A stretch of DNA of 64,000 nt from an uncultured Clostridia bacterium (GCA_963558405.1 CAUWGC010000005.1:24596-88595); one strand, 5' to 3'; counted from the stretch's first letter, positions 11,127-24,201 are shown. Notes: generated by a model not told the origin, from the letters alone. Numbers and translations: made by a program.

Positions 11127-11202
11127 TGGAGCTTTCGGCCGGAATCGAACCGGCGACCCCAGCCTTACCATGGCTGTGCTCTACCTACTGAGCTACGGAA
11201 GC
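11127..11202 (-). tRNA. tRNA-Thr (GGT)
   Basis: GCTTCCGTAGCTCAGTAGGTAGAGCA-CAGCC-ATGGTAA-GGCTG-GGGTCGCCGGTTCGATTCCGGCCGAAAGCTCCA; cloverleaf with encoded CCA. Confidence 0.97.
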
Positions 11203-11236
11203 ATATAGATTACTTTAATTTTTAATTAAAGTAATT

Positions 11237-11881
11237 TTAAAGGTCTTCTTGTCCTATATTTTTTATTGCTTTTTTCCTTATTCTTTGTATTGCATTATCA
11301 ATTGATTTTACAGGAGTATCTAAATCTTCTGCTATTTTTACATAGCTATCTCCTTGCATATATTTTTTTAATACTTGTTTTTCAAATCCACTAAGAGCTT
11401 TATCTATTGCTATTTCAACATTATTATAATACTCTTTTTTAGTAATCATGTCAAGAGGATCTTCTATAGTATTTGAATTAAAAGTATCTAACATTTGTGT
11501 ATCATCGTCATCATCATATGCAGTAGCATTTAATGATAAGTATGAATTTAATGGAATGTGCTTTTGTCTATTTGATGTTTTTATTGCAGTAATTAATTGT
11601 CTTTCTACACAAAGGTTTGCAAAAGTTTTAAAAGAGTTTTGTTTTTGAGCGTCAAAAGATTTAATGGCCTTAAATAAGCCAATCATTCCTTCTTGTATGA
11701 TATCTTCTTTTTCTGCTCCTACAATAAAATATTTTCCTACTTTCATATGAACAAGTTCTTGGTATCTATTAAGTAAAAAATTTAAAGCTTGTTCATTTCC
11801 TCCCTTTATAAGAGAAATTAATTCTTCATCACTCATTATGTTAAAGTTATTAGAAGAAAAGTAAACATTACTGTTATTCAT
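11237..11881 (-). CDS. sigH: RNA polymerase sporulation sigma factor SigH
   Basis: EDIIQEGMIGLFKAI, TSNRQKHIPLNSYLSL, KSIDNAIQRIRKK. Confidence 0.95.
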   Translation of the reverse strand: MNNSNVYFSSNNFNIMSDEELISLIKGGNEQALNFLLNRYQELVHMKVGKYFIVGAEKEDIIQEGMIGLFKAIKSFDAQKQNSFKTFANLCVERQLITAIKTSNRQKHIPLNSYLSLNATAYDDDDDTQMLDTFNSNTIEDPLDMITKKEYYNNVEIAIDKALSGFEKQVLKKYMQGDSYVKIAEDLDTPVKSIDNAIQRIRKKAIKNIGQEDL

Positions 11882-11966
11882 ATTAGATAGGTAACCTCCT
11901 GATGATTTTACTACGCCTATTATAATCCTATAAATCTAGTACTGTCAAGTGTTTTTAGCTATTTTA

Positions 11967-12233
11967 CTAATTTCTTTCATCAATTCCGGCAATAGCCCAC
12001 TTTTCTATGCTAACTTCTATATTATTTGGATATAAATTTACTAAAACCCTGCCATTTTCTTCTATTTTAGTAATCACTCCTGAAAGACCTGAATATGTGA
12101 TTATTTTATCACCATTTTTTAAGTTATCTTGCATTTTACTTAATTCTTTTTCTTGTTTTCTTTTTGGAATATAAGCAAAAGCAAATATTATAAGTATTAA
12201 AATAAATGTAACAATATAATTAATATATTCCAT
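11967..12233 (-). CDS. yajC: Preprotein translocase subunit YajC
   Basis: TM followed by PKRKQEK...LKNGDKIITYSGLSG; downstream of tgt; start taken at MEYIN after GGAG. Confidence 0.85.
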   Translation of the reverse strand: MEYINYIVTFILILIIFAFAYIPKRKQEKELSKMQDNLKNGDKIITYSGLSGVITKIEENGRVLVNLYPNNIEVSIEKWAIAGIDERN

Positions 12234-12296
12234 TTTTTCTCCATTCTTAAATATTAGTGAATCTATAAATAGATTCACTAATATTTAATTTATATT

Positions 12297-13916
12297 TTAT
12301 ACTTGCTGATTAACTACGGTTTCATTTTGTAGTACATTACTATTTGATGTTGTAGTGTTTTCTTTTTGATTATCTGTATTTTCTTGTGTAGTATTGTTAA
12401 CTGCTACGTTATTTGTTACTTCGTTACCTACTACATTATTTGCTACCTCGTTACTTACTGCGTTAGTTGTATTCTCTGTATTACCAGTTGTATTTGTTCC
12501 GTCTAGTGTATTCGTTTGTGTATTATTTATTGTATTTGTATTAGAATTTTCTTGTGCATTTTCGTTTTCTGAAAAATCCTTTGCTCCGTTTTCTTTTAAA
12601 TAATTTGTAACATTCATAAGTTGTCCTTGATAACGCATGTAGTATTCTGTTTTATTACCAGATGTTGTAGAATAAATTTCTTCTAATGCAGCTGGAATAA
12701 TTATTTCTCCAAGTGAATTAACTAAGCCATATCTTTTTTGTTTTTCAATATCTTTTTCAAAAACAATTCCTTCATAATCTGGTATAACAAGCAGGTTATT
12801 TATACTCTTATCCTTTGTTGTACTAATAATATATCCAAGTCCATCTTGTTCTACTGGTAATAACACTTGTCCTTTTTTATCAAATAATCCATATTGTTTA
12901 TCTTTTCGTACTGGAATACAGTTATCAAATAATAGTGAAGCATTTTTTATATCATCTTCTGGGAATAAACTTAAATCCACACCAATTTGGTCATATTCTA
13001 GCTGTATTACTGTTCTACCAGTTGCATCTATTACTCCATATTTATTACCTATTCTAGCTGTATATAGTTTTAAATCTTGATCTAATGTTTTTAATTCATC
13101 ATATGTTGGCGTGATTCTTGTAACACCTTCCATAGACATAATACCAACTTTTCCATCAGTTGTTGTTACAAAAAACTCTTTATTAGCTTCTGAATATTTA
13201 ATACTATTAAAACGTACATTTATAATGGTAGAATTTGATGTTATACTAATTACTCCCATTTTTCTATTTTCATTTTCTACTATTAACAAATTTTGTAACA
13301 TTGCTTTTTGCTCATTTAATGTAGTTGCAACTGTGTATCCTTGTGTTGTTAATGTTTGATTATAATAATTTACTAAGTATGGAATTGTATAAATAGTTAC
13401 CTTATTGTTTTCTCTATTGTAATTAAATGAAATATTAAAGCCTATTCTTGCACCTTCCATATTTGTATACATTTTTCCGTTTTGTGAAATAACTGTTTTA
13501 GGAAGTTTTAAATATTCGTAATCTCCACCAGAATTAGTTAGATTTTTTTTATAAATATTACTAGAGTTTAAAGTAAATGCTGTTACTTCACTGGTAGATT
13601 CTACATAACATTCATTCTGACTTTGATTCATTTCTTTATAACTACCTTGATTGTATTGATATCCTACATAACTTGCTAAATCATTAATAGAAACATATAC
13701 ATCATCATCTTGTACGATTATTGTATTTTGTGGTAAGCTAACTGAAACTCCATCAATTGAAACTTTAAGTTTTAATGATTGAAAATACGAAATAGCTATT
13801 AATAGCCCTACACATAAAATTACTAATAATACTATTACAATAAGTATTGCCATAGCTATTCTTTTATTTTTTTGCTGTTCTCTTTTATTGTTTACTCCAT
13901 TTTCAATTAAATTCAT
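12297..13916 (-). CDS. Membrane-anchored WG-repeat-like protein with Asn/Thr-rich tail
   Basis: N-terminal TM; repeated K(Y/M/V)G(V/L/I)I-x-x-x-G-x-x-I-I units; low-complexity C-terminus. Confidence 0.7.
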   Translation of the reverse strand: MNLIENGVNNKREQQKNKRIAMAILIVIVLLVILCVGLLIAISYFQSLKLKVSIDGVSVSLPQNTIIVQDDDVYVSINDLASYVGYQYNQGSYKEMNQSQNECYVESTSEVTAFTLNSSNIYKKNLTNSGGDYEYLKLPKTVISQNGKMYTNMEGARIGFNISFNYNRENNKVTIYTIPYLVNYYNQTLTTQGYTVATTLNEQKAMLQNLLIVENENRKMGVISITSNSTIINVRFNSIKYSEANKEFFVTTTDGKVGIMSMEGVTRITPTYDELKTLDQDLKLYTARIGNKYGVIDATGRTVIQLEYDQIGVDLSLFPEDDIKNASLLFDNCIPVRKDKQYGLFDKKGQVLLPVEQDGLGYIISTTKDKSINNLLVIPDYEGIVFEKDIEKQKRYGLVNSLGEIIIPAALEEIYSTTSGNKTEYYMRYQGQLMNVTNYLKENGAKDFSENENAQENSNTNTINNTQTNTLDGTNTTGNTENTTNAVSNEVANNVVGNEVTNNVAVNNTTQENTDNQKENTTTSNSNVLQNETVVNQQV

Positions 13917-13930
13917 AATTTTTTCCTCCC

Positions 13931-15070
<1,140 letters not shown>

Positions 15071-16108
15071 CTATTCAATAAACATTGCATCTCCAAAACT
15101 AAAAAAACGATATTTTTCATTTACTGCTTCTTTATATGCTTTTAAAATATACTCTCTACCTGCTAATGCAGATACTAACATTAATAATGTAGACTCTGGT
15201 AAGTGGAAATTAGTAATTAATGCATCAATACATTTAAATTTATATCCTGGATAAATATATATTCCAGTATCTCCTTCAATTTCTTTTACTAATCCATTTT
15301 CATCTGCCACTGATTCTAAAACTCTACAAGAAGTTGTACCTACTGCAATAACTCGTCCACCTTCTTTTTTAGCTTTATTTATTTTTTCTGCATCTTCTTT
15401 TTTTATATAATAGTGTTCTGTATGCATTTCATGTTCTTCAACATTTTCTTCTTTTACTGGTCTAAATGTGCCTATTCCTACGTGTAAAGTAACATTTGCA
15501 ATTTCAATTCCTTTTTCTTTAATCTTTTCTAATAATTCCTCTGTAAAGTGCAATCCTGCAGTTGGAGCTGCAGCAGAGCCATCATATTTTGCATATACAG
15601 TTTGATATCTATCTTTTTCTTTTAATCTTTCTTTAATATATGGTGGAAGTGGCATTAATCCAATTTTATCTAATATCTCATTAAAAATACCTGTATAATA
15701 AAATTCTACTTTTCTATTACCTCCTGGCATTTCTTCTAAAATTTTAGCTTTTAAAATTCCATCTCCAAATGAAACTTTAGTTCCAATTCTTAATCTTCTT
15801 CCTGGTCTTACCATTACTTCCCAAATATTATTTTCTATTTGATTTAATAATAAAAATTCTACATTAGCACCTGTTTCTTCTTTTACACCGTATAATCTTG
15901 CTGGTATTACTTTTGTATTATTTCTTACTAAACAGTCTCCTGGTTTTAAATAATCTATAATATCTTTAAAAATTTTATGTTCTATTGTTTGTTCTTTTCT
16001 GTTTAAAATCATTAATCTTGATTCATCTCTTTTTTCTATAGGAAACTGTGCTATTAATTCTTGTGGTAATTCATAATTAAAATCTGATACTTTCATTTTT
16101 TTCTTCAT
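15071..16108 (-). CDS. queA: SAM:tRNA ribosyltransferase-isomerase
   Basis: [33 protein letters not shown]. Confidence 0.97.
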   Translation of the reverse strand: MKKKMKVSDFNYELPQELIAQFPIEKRDESRLMILNRKEQTIEHKIFKDIIDYLKPGDCLVRNNTKVIPARLYGVKEETGANVEFLLLNQIENNIWEVMVRPGRRLRIGTKVSFGDGILKAKILEEMPGGNRKVEFYYTGIFNEILDKIGLMPLPPYIKERLKEKDRYQTVYAKYDGSAAAPTAGLHFTEELLEKIKEKGIEIANVTLHVGIGTFRPVKEENVEEHEMHTEHYYIKKEDAEKINKAKKEGGRVIAVGTTSCRVLESVADENGLVKEIEGDTGIYIYPGYKFKCIDALITNFHLPESTLLMLVSALAGREYILKAYKEAVNEKYRFFSFGDAMFIE

Positions 16109-16127
16109 TCCTTTTATTAATTATATT

Positions 16128-17453
16128 TTAAAATAATCTCATAATACTTCCAGATAATTCTTCAATTGGATTTGCTGGTTCTTCTAAATCTTTTAAAGAA
16201 TACGAAAATTCCATATCACTTTGCTGAACTGGCTTTGTTTTATATACTTCCTTAGGAAGTCCAATATTACCTTTTATTGTACTTGTCATATATGCTCTAT
16301 ACCAATCTTTTAATCCATTTAAAGAAGTCTCTTTATATCCATATTTTTCATTATCATGAAGTTCTGGAATATTATATCCATTTTCCATAGCATTTCTTTC
16401 TAAAGTATGTAAAAACTCATGAATAAATACTTCCTCTGGAAATTCATTTTTATTATACTCAAAATGGTATAAATACTCTTTATCTTCCATTGGAATATGT
16501 ACATTTGAAAAACCAATTTGTAGATAATCCATTCCACCAAGACCAATCCATTTTGTCATATCTGAACTTATTCCATTATTAGCATCTCCTAAATTCATGC
16601 ATATAAAAATGTGATCATACTCTTTTTCTTTTAAATACTTTTGTATATGAGTATAAACATCTTTTGGTCCTACATAATATCCATTTTGTTCATCATAAGA
16701 AAGTGAAGTAATAGGTTCTGATATACGAAACATATCAAACTCAGCCGTCATAAGTCCATTTGAAAGATTTTCGCAAGTATCTATAAATCTTTCCATATCA
16801 TTTTTCATAGTATAATAATCATAATCTTGCATAATTGTTTTTACTTCTTTTGTAGTACCATTACTTTCTATTTTTGCATTAATTTCATCAAAAAAGAAAC
16901 AAGCAAAATTCCAATCTGTTGATTCATTTTCACTTCCAGCTTCTAATGTAAAATCTGAAAACCACGCAGTACCTTTTACATTATCATCATATCCACCTAA
17001 TCTAAAACCTATATCTACTTCTTCTCTATTTTTTGAATTAAACAAAAATTCTAACTTAATCCAATCTGATGTTCCAGTTATTGCATTTGATCTTTCTACT
17101 GTATCACCAATAACTATTTGAGCACCTGCTAAAGATGGTTCATTTTCAGTTACTACATCTTTAGTCTTTACCATGCAAGTTACTTTATATGGAGTATTAG
17201 GAGTAACTTTTACTTTTTTAGAAAACATTGCATCATTAAACTCTTTATTTGTAATACGATAACTAGACATATCAGAATATTTTACCTTGTTATCTCTTTT
17301 AAACTCAGCATATCCCAATGTATGCTCACTTCTTATATATTCATTAAAATTATTTTCTTTATATAAACCATATGCCTTATATACGCCTATTAATAAAATA
17401 AAAACTATAAAATAATAAACTACTCTACCAACAAATGATCTACTTTTTCTCAT
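16128..17453 (-). CDS. Membrane protein with carbohydrate-binding-like domain and HExxH metallopeptidase motif
   Basis: TM; VTPNTPYKVTCMVKT...GTAWFSDFTL (CBM4/9-like); FIHEFLHTLE. Confidence 0.6.
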   Translation of the reverse strand: MRKSRSFVGRVVYYFIVFILLIGVYKAYGLYKENNFNEYIRSEHTLGYAEFKRDNKVKYSDMSSYRITNKEFNDAMFSKKVKVTPNTPYKVTCMVKTKDVVTENEPSLAGAQIVIGDTVERSNAITGTSDWIKLEFLFNSKNREEVDIGFRLGGYDDNVKGTAWFSDFTLEAGSENESTDWNFACFFFDEINAKIESNGTTKEVKTIMQDYDYYTMKNDMERFIDTCENLSNGLMTAEFDMFRISEPITSLSYDEQNGYYVGPKDVYTHIQKYLKEKEYDHIFICMNLGDANNGISSDMTKWIGLGGMDYLQIGFSNVHIPMEDKEYLYHFEYNKNEFPEEVFIHEFLHTLERNAMENGYNIPELHDNEKYGYKETSLNGLKDWYRAYMTSTIKGNIGLPKEVYKTKPVQQSDMEFSYSLKDLEEPANPIEELSGSIMRLF

Positions 17454-17630
17454 CCAAATTCTCTCCTTCTATTTTATTATACTAAAATACTAAAGTAAAA
17501 AGCAATCATTATTTAAGATTTTGTAAAAAAAGTTAATTTTACATTTCACTTAACTTTTGGCAATAAAAAAGGTAGTTAACTATTTCTAATCAACTACCTT
17601 AATTATCAATAAGATACGTCCCTTTTGACA

Positions 17631-20399
17631 CTATTTTAAATTTTCACTACATCTTTTGCAAATTGTTGGGTTTTCTTTGTCTTGTCCTACTGTTGTTGAG
17701 TACATCCAGCATCTTTCACATTTTTCTCCTTCTGCCATTTCTACTTTAACTCCTACTTTTTCTCCTTCGCTTCTGTTGTCTTGTTCTATTTGTAAGTCAG
17801 AGATTATAAATACCGTCATTAATAGTTCTTGATTTGCTTTTAAGAATTCGTATTCTGCTGGTTTTGCATATAATGTTACTTTTGAATTTAATGAGTGTCC
17901 AATAATTTTTTCTGCTCTTGCTTCTTCTAATTTTTTTGCAACTAATTCTTTATATGCTATTATTTTTTCCCATTTTTCTGCTAATTCTTTATTTTCCCAT
18001 TTTTCGTTTACAACAGGATAAAAGTCTAACATTACACTTTCCGTGTTTTCATTTTTGCGGTGTGGCATATATTTCCATATTTCTTCTGCTGTAAAGCATG
18101 TCATTGGAGCTAATATACGAACCAATGCACTTAGTATTTTATACATAGTATATTGAGCAGCTCTTCTTTCTTTTGATTCTACTTTATAAGTATATAGCCT
18201 ATCTTTTATAATATCTAAATAGAAATTACTCATATCTGTTACACAGAATTGATTAATTGCATGATATGCTCCATGGAAATCGTATTTATCATAGCTTTGT
18301 GTACATTCTCTAATTAATTTATTTAATCTTAGTAATGCCCATTTATCAATTTCTAATAAATCATCATATGCAACTTCAGTTTCTGGATCATAATCTGATG
18401 TATTTCCTAAAATATATCTTGCTGTATTTCTTATTTTACGATAACTTTCACTTATTTGTTTTAAAATGTCTTTTGATAAGCTAACATCTGTTTTGTAATC
18501 AGATGCAAGTACCCATAGTCTTAAAATATCAGCACCATATTCTTTTATTACATCTTGTGGACTAATTCCATTTCCTAATGATTTAGACATTTTTCTACCT
18601 TCACCATCTACAGTCCATCCATGTGTTAATACTTCTTTATATGGAGCATGACCATTTACTGCTACTGATGTTAACATAGAAGCTTGGAACCATCCTCTGT
18701 ATTGGTCTGCACCCTCTAAATATAAATCTGCTGGATATGGTAAACCACGTTCTACTAATACACCTTGATGTGATGTACCAGAATCGAACCATACATCCAT
18801 AATATCAGTTTCTTTTTTAAATTTTGTATGTCCACAATGAGCACATTTTGCACCTTCTGGCATTAATTCTTCTGGTGCTAGGTCAAACCAAGCATTTGAA
18901 CCTTTTTGTCTAAATATTTCTTGGATTTTTTTAATAGATTCATCTGTAATATATTCTTTTCCACATTCTTCACAATAGAACATTGGAATAGGAACACCCC
19001 ATGTACGTTGTCTAGAAATACACCAGTCTGCTCTATCTTCTACCATGCTTGCTATTCTATCTTCTCCCCAAGCTGGAACCCAGTTTACATTTTTTATTTC
19101 TTCTAATGTTTTATCTCTAAATTTATCAACAGAAGCAAACCATTGGTCTGTAGCTCTAAATATAATTGGATTTTTACATCTCCAACAATGTGGGTAAGAG
19201 TGATTAATTTTTTCTTTGTGTAATAAATAGTTATTTTCTTCTAACCAAGATATAATTGCTTCATTTGATTTATCATAATACAATCCTGCAAATGGACCTG
19301 CTTCTTCTGTTTGATATCCTTTTCCATTTACACAAACAACTATATCTAATCCATTTTTTATTCCGCATAAATAGTCTTCCTTACCATATCCAGGAGCAGT
19401 ATGAACAGCACCAGTACCTGTATCTAGTTCTACTACTATTGTATTATCGCTTCCTAATACTACTCTAGAAGTTCTATCTAAAAATGGATGCTTACAAATA
19501 ACGCCTTCTAATTCTGTACCTTCTAAAGTTTGTACTGTTTTATATTCTGCAATTTTAGCATTTTTCATAACTTCTTCTACTAAAGCAGTAGCCATTATTA
19601 GTTTTTCTTTTCCAGTATCAACTATACTATATTCGTATTCTCCACCTACTGTAATACCAACATTACCTGGTAAAGTCCATGGAGTAGTAGTCCATATTAC
19701 CATATAAGTATCTTTTGTATCAAATTTACCTTTGCTATCTTCTACTTTAAATTTTACATAAATAGAAGTTGTATCACAATCTTTATATTCTATTTCTGCT
19801 TCAGCTAATGCTGTTTCGCAGTCTGTACACCAATATACTGGTTTTAATCCTTTATAAATATATCCTTTTTGATACATCTTTCCAAATACACCAATTTGTC
19901 TTGCTTCATATTCTGGTCTTAAAGTAATATATGGATTTTCCCAATCACCTAGTACTCCTAATCTTTTAAAACCTTCTGTTTGTTTTTCAACAAATCCTAA
20001 AGCAAAATCTTTACATGTATCACGGAATTTAGAAACACTTATTTCATCACGGTTTAACCCTAATACTTGTATTGCTCTTTTTTCTGTTGGAAGACCATGT
20101 GTATCATATCCAGGAACATATGGTGTATAAAAACCTTTTAAATTCTTATATCTAACTATTGTATCTTTTAATATTTTATTTAAAGCATGACCAATATGAA
20201 TTTCTCCATTTGCATAAGGAGGTCCATCATGTAATACAAAAGGTGTTTTACCTTCATTTTTCTTTAACATTTTTTCATATAAATCATTTTCAAATACATC
20301 TTTTTGTATATTAGGTTCATTTTGTGGTAAATTTGCTCTCATTGAAAAATCTGTCTTTGGTAAATTTAATGTTTTGCCATAATCTTTTTTTTCTTCCAT
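17631..20399 (-). CDS. ileS: Isoleucine--tRNA ligase
   Basis: HDGPPYANGEIHIGH, KMSKS, C-terminal CERCW zinc finger. Confidence 0.98.
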   Translation of the reverse strand: MEEKKDYGKTLNLPKTDFSMRANLPQNEPNIQKDVFENDLYEKMLKKNEGKTPFVLHDGPPYANGEIHIGHALNKILKDTIVRYKNLKGFYTPYVPGYDTHGLPTEKRAIQVLGLNRDEISVSKFRDTCKDFALGFVEKQTEGFKRLGVLGDWENPYITLRPEYEARQIGVFGKMYQKGYIYKGLKPVYWCTDCETALAEAEIEYKDCDTTSIYVKFKVEDSKGKFDTKDTYMVIWTTTPWTLPGNVGITVGGEYEYSIVDTGKEKLIMATALVEEVMKNAKIAEYKTVQTLEGTELEGVICKHPFLDRTSRVVLGSDNTIVVELDTGTGAVHTAPGYGKEDYLCGIKNGLDIVVCVNGKGYQTEEAGPFAGLYYDKSNEAIISWLEENNYLLHKEKINHSYPHCWRCKNPIIFRATDQWFASVDKFRDKTLEEIKNVNWVPAWGEDRIASMVEDRADWCISRQRTWGVPIPMFYCEECGKEYITDESIKKIQEIFRQKGSNAWFDLAPEELMPEGAKCAHCGHTKFKKETDIMDVWFDSGTSHQGVLVERGLPYPADLYLEGADQYRGWFQASMLTSVAVNGHAPYKEVLTHGWTVDGEGRKMSKSLGNGISPQDVIKEYGADILRLWVLASDYKTDVSLSKDILKQISESYRKIRNTARYILGNTSDYDPETEVAYDDLLEIDKWALLRLNKLIRECTQSYDKYDFHGAYHAINQFCVTDMSNFYLDIIKDRLYTYKVESKERRAAQYTMYKILSALVRILAPMTCFTAEEIWKYMPHRKNENTESVMLDFYPVVNEKWENKELAEKWEKIIAYKELVAKKLEEARAEKIIGHSLNSKVTLYAKPAEYEFLKANQELLMTVFIISDLQIEQDNRSEGEKVGVKVEMAEGEKCERCWMYSTTVGQDKENPTICKRCSENLK

Positions 20400-20424
20400 T
20401 TACATCCCTCTTTCTTATATTATA

Positions 20425-20665
20425 AAAAATAAGTCCATTTCATCTTTTAGGACGAAATGGACTTTTATTTTCCGTGGTACCACCTAATTTAGAATAATTT
20501 TTAAATTATTCTCACTCTATTCCTTTTAACGCAAGGATACGATTCTTCTTACTATATATTTCTGAAGAATAACAATTAGGTGATAACAAATAATTTATTA
20601 TTCTACTAAACTTTCACCATTTGTTTAGCTCTCTAAAGATTTTATATTATCTGTCCTGTCCTAAT
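20425..20665 (-). promoter_or_regulatory. T-box riboswitch leader of ileS
   Basis: Minus strand has AGAGAG...GGTGAAAG, a likely ATC specifier, T-box AATTAGGTGGTACCACGG and terminator AAGTCCATTTC/GAAATGGACTT; ends approximate. Confidence 0.9.
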
Positions 20666-20728
20666 TCTCATTTTTAATGTAAATATAATATCACTTTTTA
20701 TTTGCTTTGACAAGTATTTAAAAACTTT

Positions 20729-22051
20729 TTATGCAGTTTCTATATTATCACTTTCTAATTTAGTTGTTTCTCTTTTTGTCTTTTTTTGTTTTTGGTCTTT
20801 GTTATTATTAACAACAATATCTGGTTTTTCGCCTTTTTCTACTGTTTCTTTAGTTACAATACATTTTTCTATTTTAGGATTAGAAGGAACTTCGTACATA
20901 ATATCCCTCATAATTTCTTCTATAATAGAACGTAATCCTCTAGCACCAGTTTTTCTTTCTATTGCTTTATCAACTATTAACTCTAAAGCTTCTGGTTCAA
21001 ATTCTAATTCTACATCATCATATTTCATTAATTTTTTATATTGTTTTACTAATGCATTTTTTGGTTTTGTTACAATATCAATTAATGCTTTTCTATCTAA
21101 TTCTTCTAAAGTAGCAATAATAGGTAATCTTCCTACAAACTCTGGAATTAAACCAAACTTTAATAAATCTTGAGGTAATAATTTTTCAAAGATTTCATAT
21201 TTTTTTGTATCATTATTACTTTGAATATTAGCACCAAAACCAATTGATTTTTTACCAACACGGTCTTTTATTATGTTTTCTAATCCTTCAAAAGCACCTC
21301 CACAAATAAATAGAATGTTTTGTGTATTTATTTGTAATAATTCTTGATGTGGATGTTTTCTTCCACCTTGTGGTGGTACAGATGCAACAGTTCCTTCAAC
21401 TATTTTAAGTAATGCTTGTTGTACGCCTTCACCACTAACATCTCTGGTAATAGAAGGATTTTCTGATTTTCTAGAAATTTTATCAATTTCGTCAATGTAT
21501 ATAATTCCTCTTTCTGCTTTTTCTATATTATAATCTGCTGCTTGAATTAATTTTAACAAAATATTTTCAACGTCTTCTCCAACATATCCTGCTTCTGTAA
21601 GAGTAGTAGCATCTGCTATTGCAAATGGTACATTTAAAATTTTAGCAAGTGTTTGAGCAAGTAATGTTTTTCCACATCCCGTTGGTCCCAATAGAAGTAC
21701 ATTACTTTTTTGTATTTCTACTCCATCATCATCTTTTTCACTATTATTAATACGTTTATAATGGTTATACACAGCTACTGCTAATGTTTTTTTTGCTTCT
21801 TCTTGACCTATAACATATTCGTCTAATATAGACTTTATTTGCTGAGGATTTGGAATTTCATCCATATTATTTAAAGTATAACCTGTTTCTTCCTCATAAT
21901 TGTCATCTTCTAAAATATTAGTACATACTTTAACACATTCATTGCATATATATACACCTGGTCCTGCTACAATTCTGTCTACTTCCTCTTGCATTTTTCC
22001 GCAAAATGAACATTTTATACTTCTATTTCCTGTATTTTTAGCCATTTTCAA
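20729..22051 (-). CDS. clpX: ATP-dependent Clp protease ATP-binding subunit
   Basis: CSFCGK zinc finger, [21 protein letters not shown]. Confidence 0.98.
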   Translation of the reverse strand: MKMAKNTGNRSIKCSFCGKMQEEVDRIVAGPGVYICNECVKVCTNILEDDNYEEETGYTLNNMDEIPNPQQIKSILDEYVIGQEEAKKTLAVAVYNHYKRINNSEKDDDGVEIQKSNVLLLGPTGCGKTLLAQTLAKILNVPFAIADATTLTEAGYVGEDVENILLKLIQAADYNIEKAERGIIYIDEIDKISRKSENPSITRDVSGEGVQQALLKIVEGTVASVPPQGGRKHPHQELLQINTQNILFICGGAFEGLENIIKDRVGKKSIGFGANIQSNNDTKKYEIFEKLLPQDLLKFGLIPEFVGRLPIIATLEELDRKALIDIVTKPKNALVKQYKKLMKYDDVELEFEPEALELIVDKAIERKTGARGLRSIIEEIMRDIMYEVPSNPKIEKCIVTKETVEKGEKPDIVVNNNKDQKQKKTKRETTKLESDNIETA

Positions 22052-22087
22052 TCTCCTTATTTTTTTATAATCATTTCTATCTTTAGT

Positions 22088-22693
22088 TTATTGTCTTTTA
22101 TCAATTATTCCATCAATTAATCCATAAGCTAATGCTTCTTCTGCTGTCATATAATGATCTCTTTCTGTATCTCTATTAATAGTTTCTAAACTTTGACCAG
22201 TTTTTTCACTAAGTAATTTATTTAATTTTTCTCTTGTCTTTACCATATGGTCTGCATGAATTTTAATTTCTGTTGTTTGACCAGAAAGTCCGCCACCACC
22301 AATTAATGGTTGATGAATTAAAATTTCTGAATTTGGTGTTGCAAATCTTCTTCCTTTTTCTCCTGAAGCTAATAGTACAGAACCCATACTTGCTGCCATA
22401 CCAATACAAATAGTAGAAACTGGACATTTAATATAGTTCATAGTATCTACAATTGCCATTCCATCTGTAATAGATCCTCCTGGGCTGTTAATATATAAAC
22501 TAATTTCTTTATCTGGATCTTCTGACTCTAGAAATAATAATTGTGCAATTATTAAGCTAGATGTTGTTGGATTTACATCCTCACCTAAAAATATAATTCT
22601 GTCCTTTAATAATCTTGAGAAAATATCATAAGATCTTTCTCCTTTTGATGTTTGTTCAATAACATATGGTACTAAACTTGCAAATTCTTTCAT
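22088..22693 (-). CDS. clpP: Clp protease proteolytic subunit
   Basis: [29 protein letters not shown]. Confidence 0.98.
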   Translation of the reverse strand: MKEFASLVPYVIEQTSKGERSYDIFSRLLKDRIIFLGEDVNPTTSSLIIAQLLFLESEDPDKEISLYINSPGGSITDGMAIVDTMNYIKCPVSTICIGMAASMGSVLLASGEKGRRFATPNSEILIHQPLIGGGGLSGQTTEIKIHADHMVKTREKLNKLLSEKTGQSLETINRDTERDHYMTAEEALAYGLIDGIIDKRQ

Positions 22694-22801
22694 TTTTATC
22701 CTCCTTAGATTTTATGTATTTATATTCATAATAGTACAAAAAGCCAGAGGCATATTTTTTATTTTTTAAAAATAGTTACCCCTAACTTTTTACCTTACTT
22801 T

Positions 22802-24094
22802 TTATTTTATTTTTGCATTATCTACAATATAACGAATGGCTTTTTCTTCTTTTATACTTTTTTCTAAGTATTTTTTAAGATTTTCATTTAATTTTAGTTC
22901 ATCTTCTTTACGTCCGTAATTTTCTGCCATTTCTTTTATCTTGCTTGCTACTTCATCTTCTGCTACTTCTATTTTTGCATCATTTGCAACAGCTTCTAAA
23001 ACAAGTCTTGATTTTACGCTTTCTTTTGCTTGTTCTTCATATTCCTTTCTAAAATCAGCTTCTGTTTTATTAAGCATTTGCAAATATTGTTCTAATTTAA
23101 GTCCTTGGTAAGAAAGTCTAGCTTCTACTTCTTTTACCATATTATCAATTTCAGATTCAATCATTCCAGATGGAATATCTATTTCTGTAGCTTCACAAAC
23201 TGCTTTTATAGCAGCTTCTTCAGTTTCATATTTAGCTCTTCTTGTATTTTCCTCTTCTAATTTTTCTTTTATACTATTTTTTAATTCTTCTAAAGTATCA
23301 AATTCGCTTACATCTTTTGCAAACTCATCATCAACTTCTGGAAGTTCTTTTACTTTTATTTCATGTAATTTAACTTTAAAAATAGCTTCTTTTCCAGCTA
23401 AATCTTTAGAGAAATAATCTTCTGGGAATGTAACTTTAATATCTTTTTCTTCTTCTATTTTCATTCCAATAATTTGATCTTCAAATCCTGGAATAAAAGT
23501 TTTGCTTCCAATTGTTAATTCATGTCCTTCAGCTTTTCCACCATCAAAAGCAACACCATCAATAGAACCTTCAAAATCTATAACAACTATATCTTTGTCT
23601 TTTACTTCTCTATCTTCTACTGTTACAATTCTTGCATTTCTTTCTCTCATATGTTCTATTTCGTGATTAATATCTTCATCAGAAACAGTATACTCAATTT
23701 TCTTTAAAGCTATACCTTTATATTTTCCAACTTTAACTTCTGGTTTAGTTTGAACAACAGCAGTAAAAATAAGGTCTTGTCCTTTTCCTATTTGTTTAAC
23801 ATCAATATCAGGTCTGCTAACAGCTTCTATATTATTTTCTGCTAATTCTTTTTCAAAAATTTCTGGAACAACTTCGTTAAAAGCATCTTCATAGAAAATT
23901 TCTTTTCCATAATATTTTTCTACAATAGCTAAAGGAGCTTTTCCTTTTCTAAATCCTGGTATGTTAAAATATTTAGCACTTTTAACATATACTTTTTTAA
24001 TTGCCTCATCAAATTTAGCTGCCTCTACAGTAAATTCTAATTTTAATTCATTATTTTTGTCGGTTTTCTCAACTTTGATACTCATTTTATTCAT
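22802..24094 (-). CDS. tig: Trigger factor
   Basis: IPGFRKGKAP; FKBP domain FIPGFEDQ; tig-clpP-clpX order. Confidence 0.97.
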   Translation of the reverse strand: MNKMSIKVEKTDKNNELKLEFTVEAAKFDEAIKKVYVKSAKYFNIPGFRKGKAPLAIVEKYYGKEIFYEDAFNEVVPEIFEKELAENNIEAVSRPDIDVKQIGKGQDLIFTAVVQTKPEVKVGKYKGIALKKIEYTVSDEDINHEIEHMRERNARIVTVEDREVKDKDIVVIDFEGSIDGVAFDGGKAEGHELTIGSKTFIPGFEDQIIGMKIEEEKDIKVTFPEDYFSKDLAGKEAIFKVKLHEIKVKELPEVDDEFAKDVSEFDTLEELKNSIKEKLEEENTRRAKYETEEAAIKAVCEATEIDIPSGMIESEIDNMVKEVEARLSYQGLKLEQYLQMLNKTEADFRKEYEEQAKESVKSRLVLEAVANDAKIEVAEDEVASKIKEMAENYGRKEDELKLNENLKKYLEKSIKEEKAIRYIVDNAKIK

Positions 24095-24201
24095 CCTTTC
24101 CGATTTTTTATGTTACTTATTTCTTAGCTTTTATATTATATCATGGATTTTTAAGATTTCAAGGGGTTGATTAATATTTCATTCAATTTTCATTTATTTT
24201 T

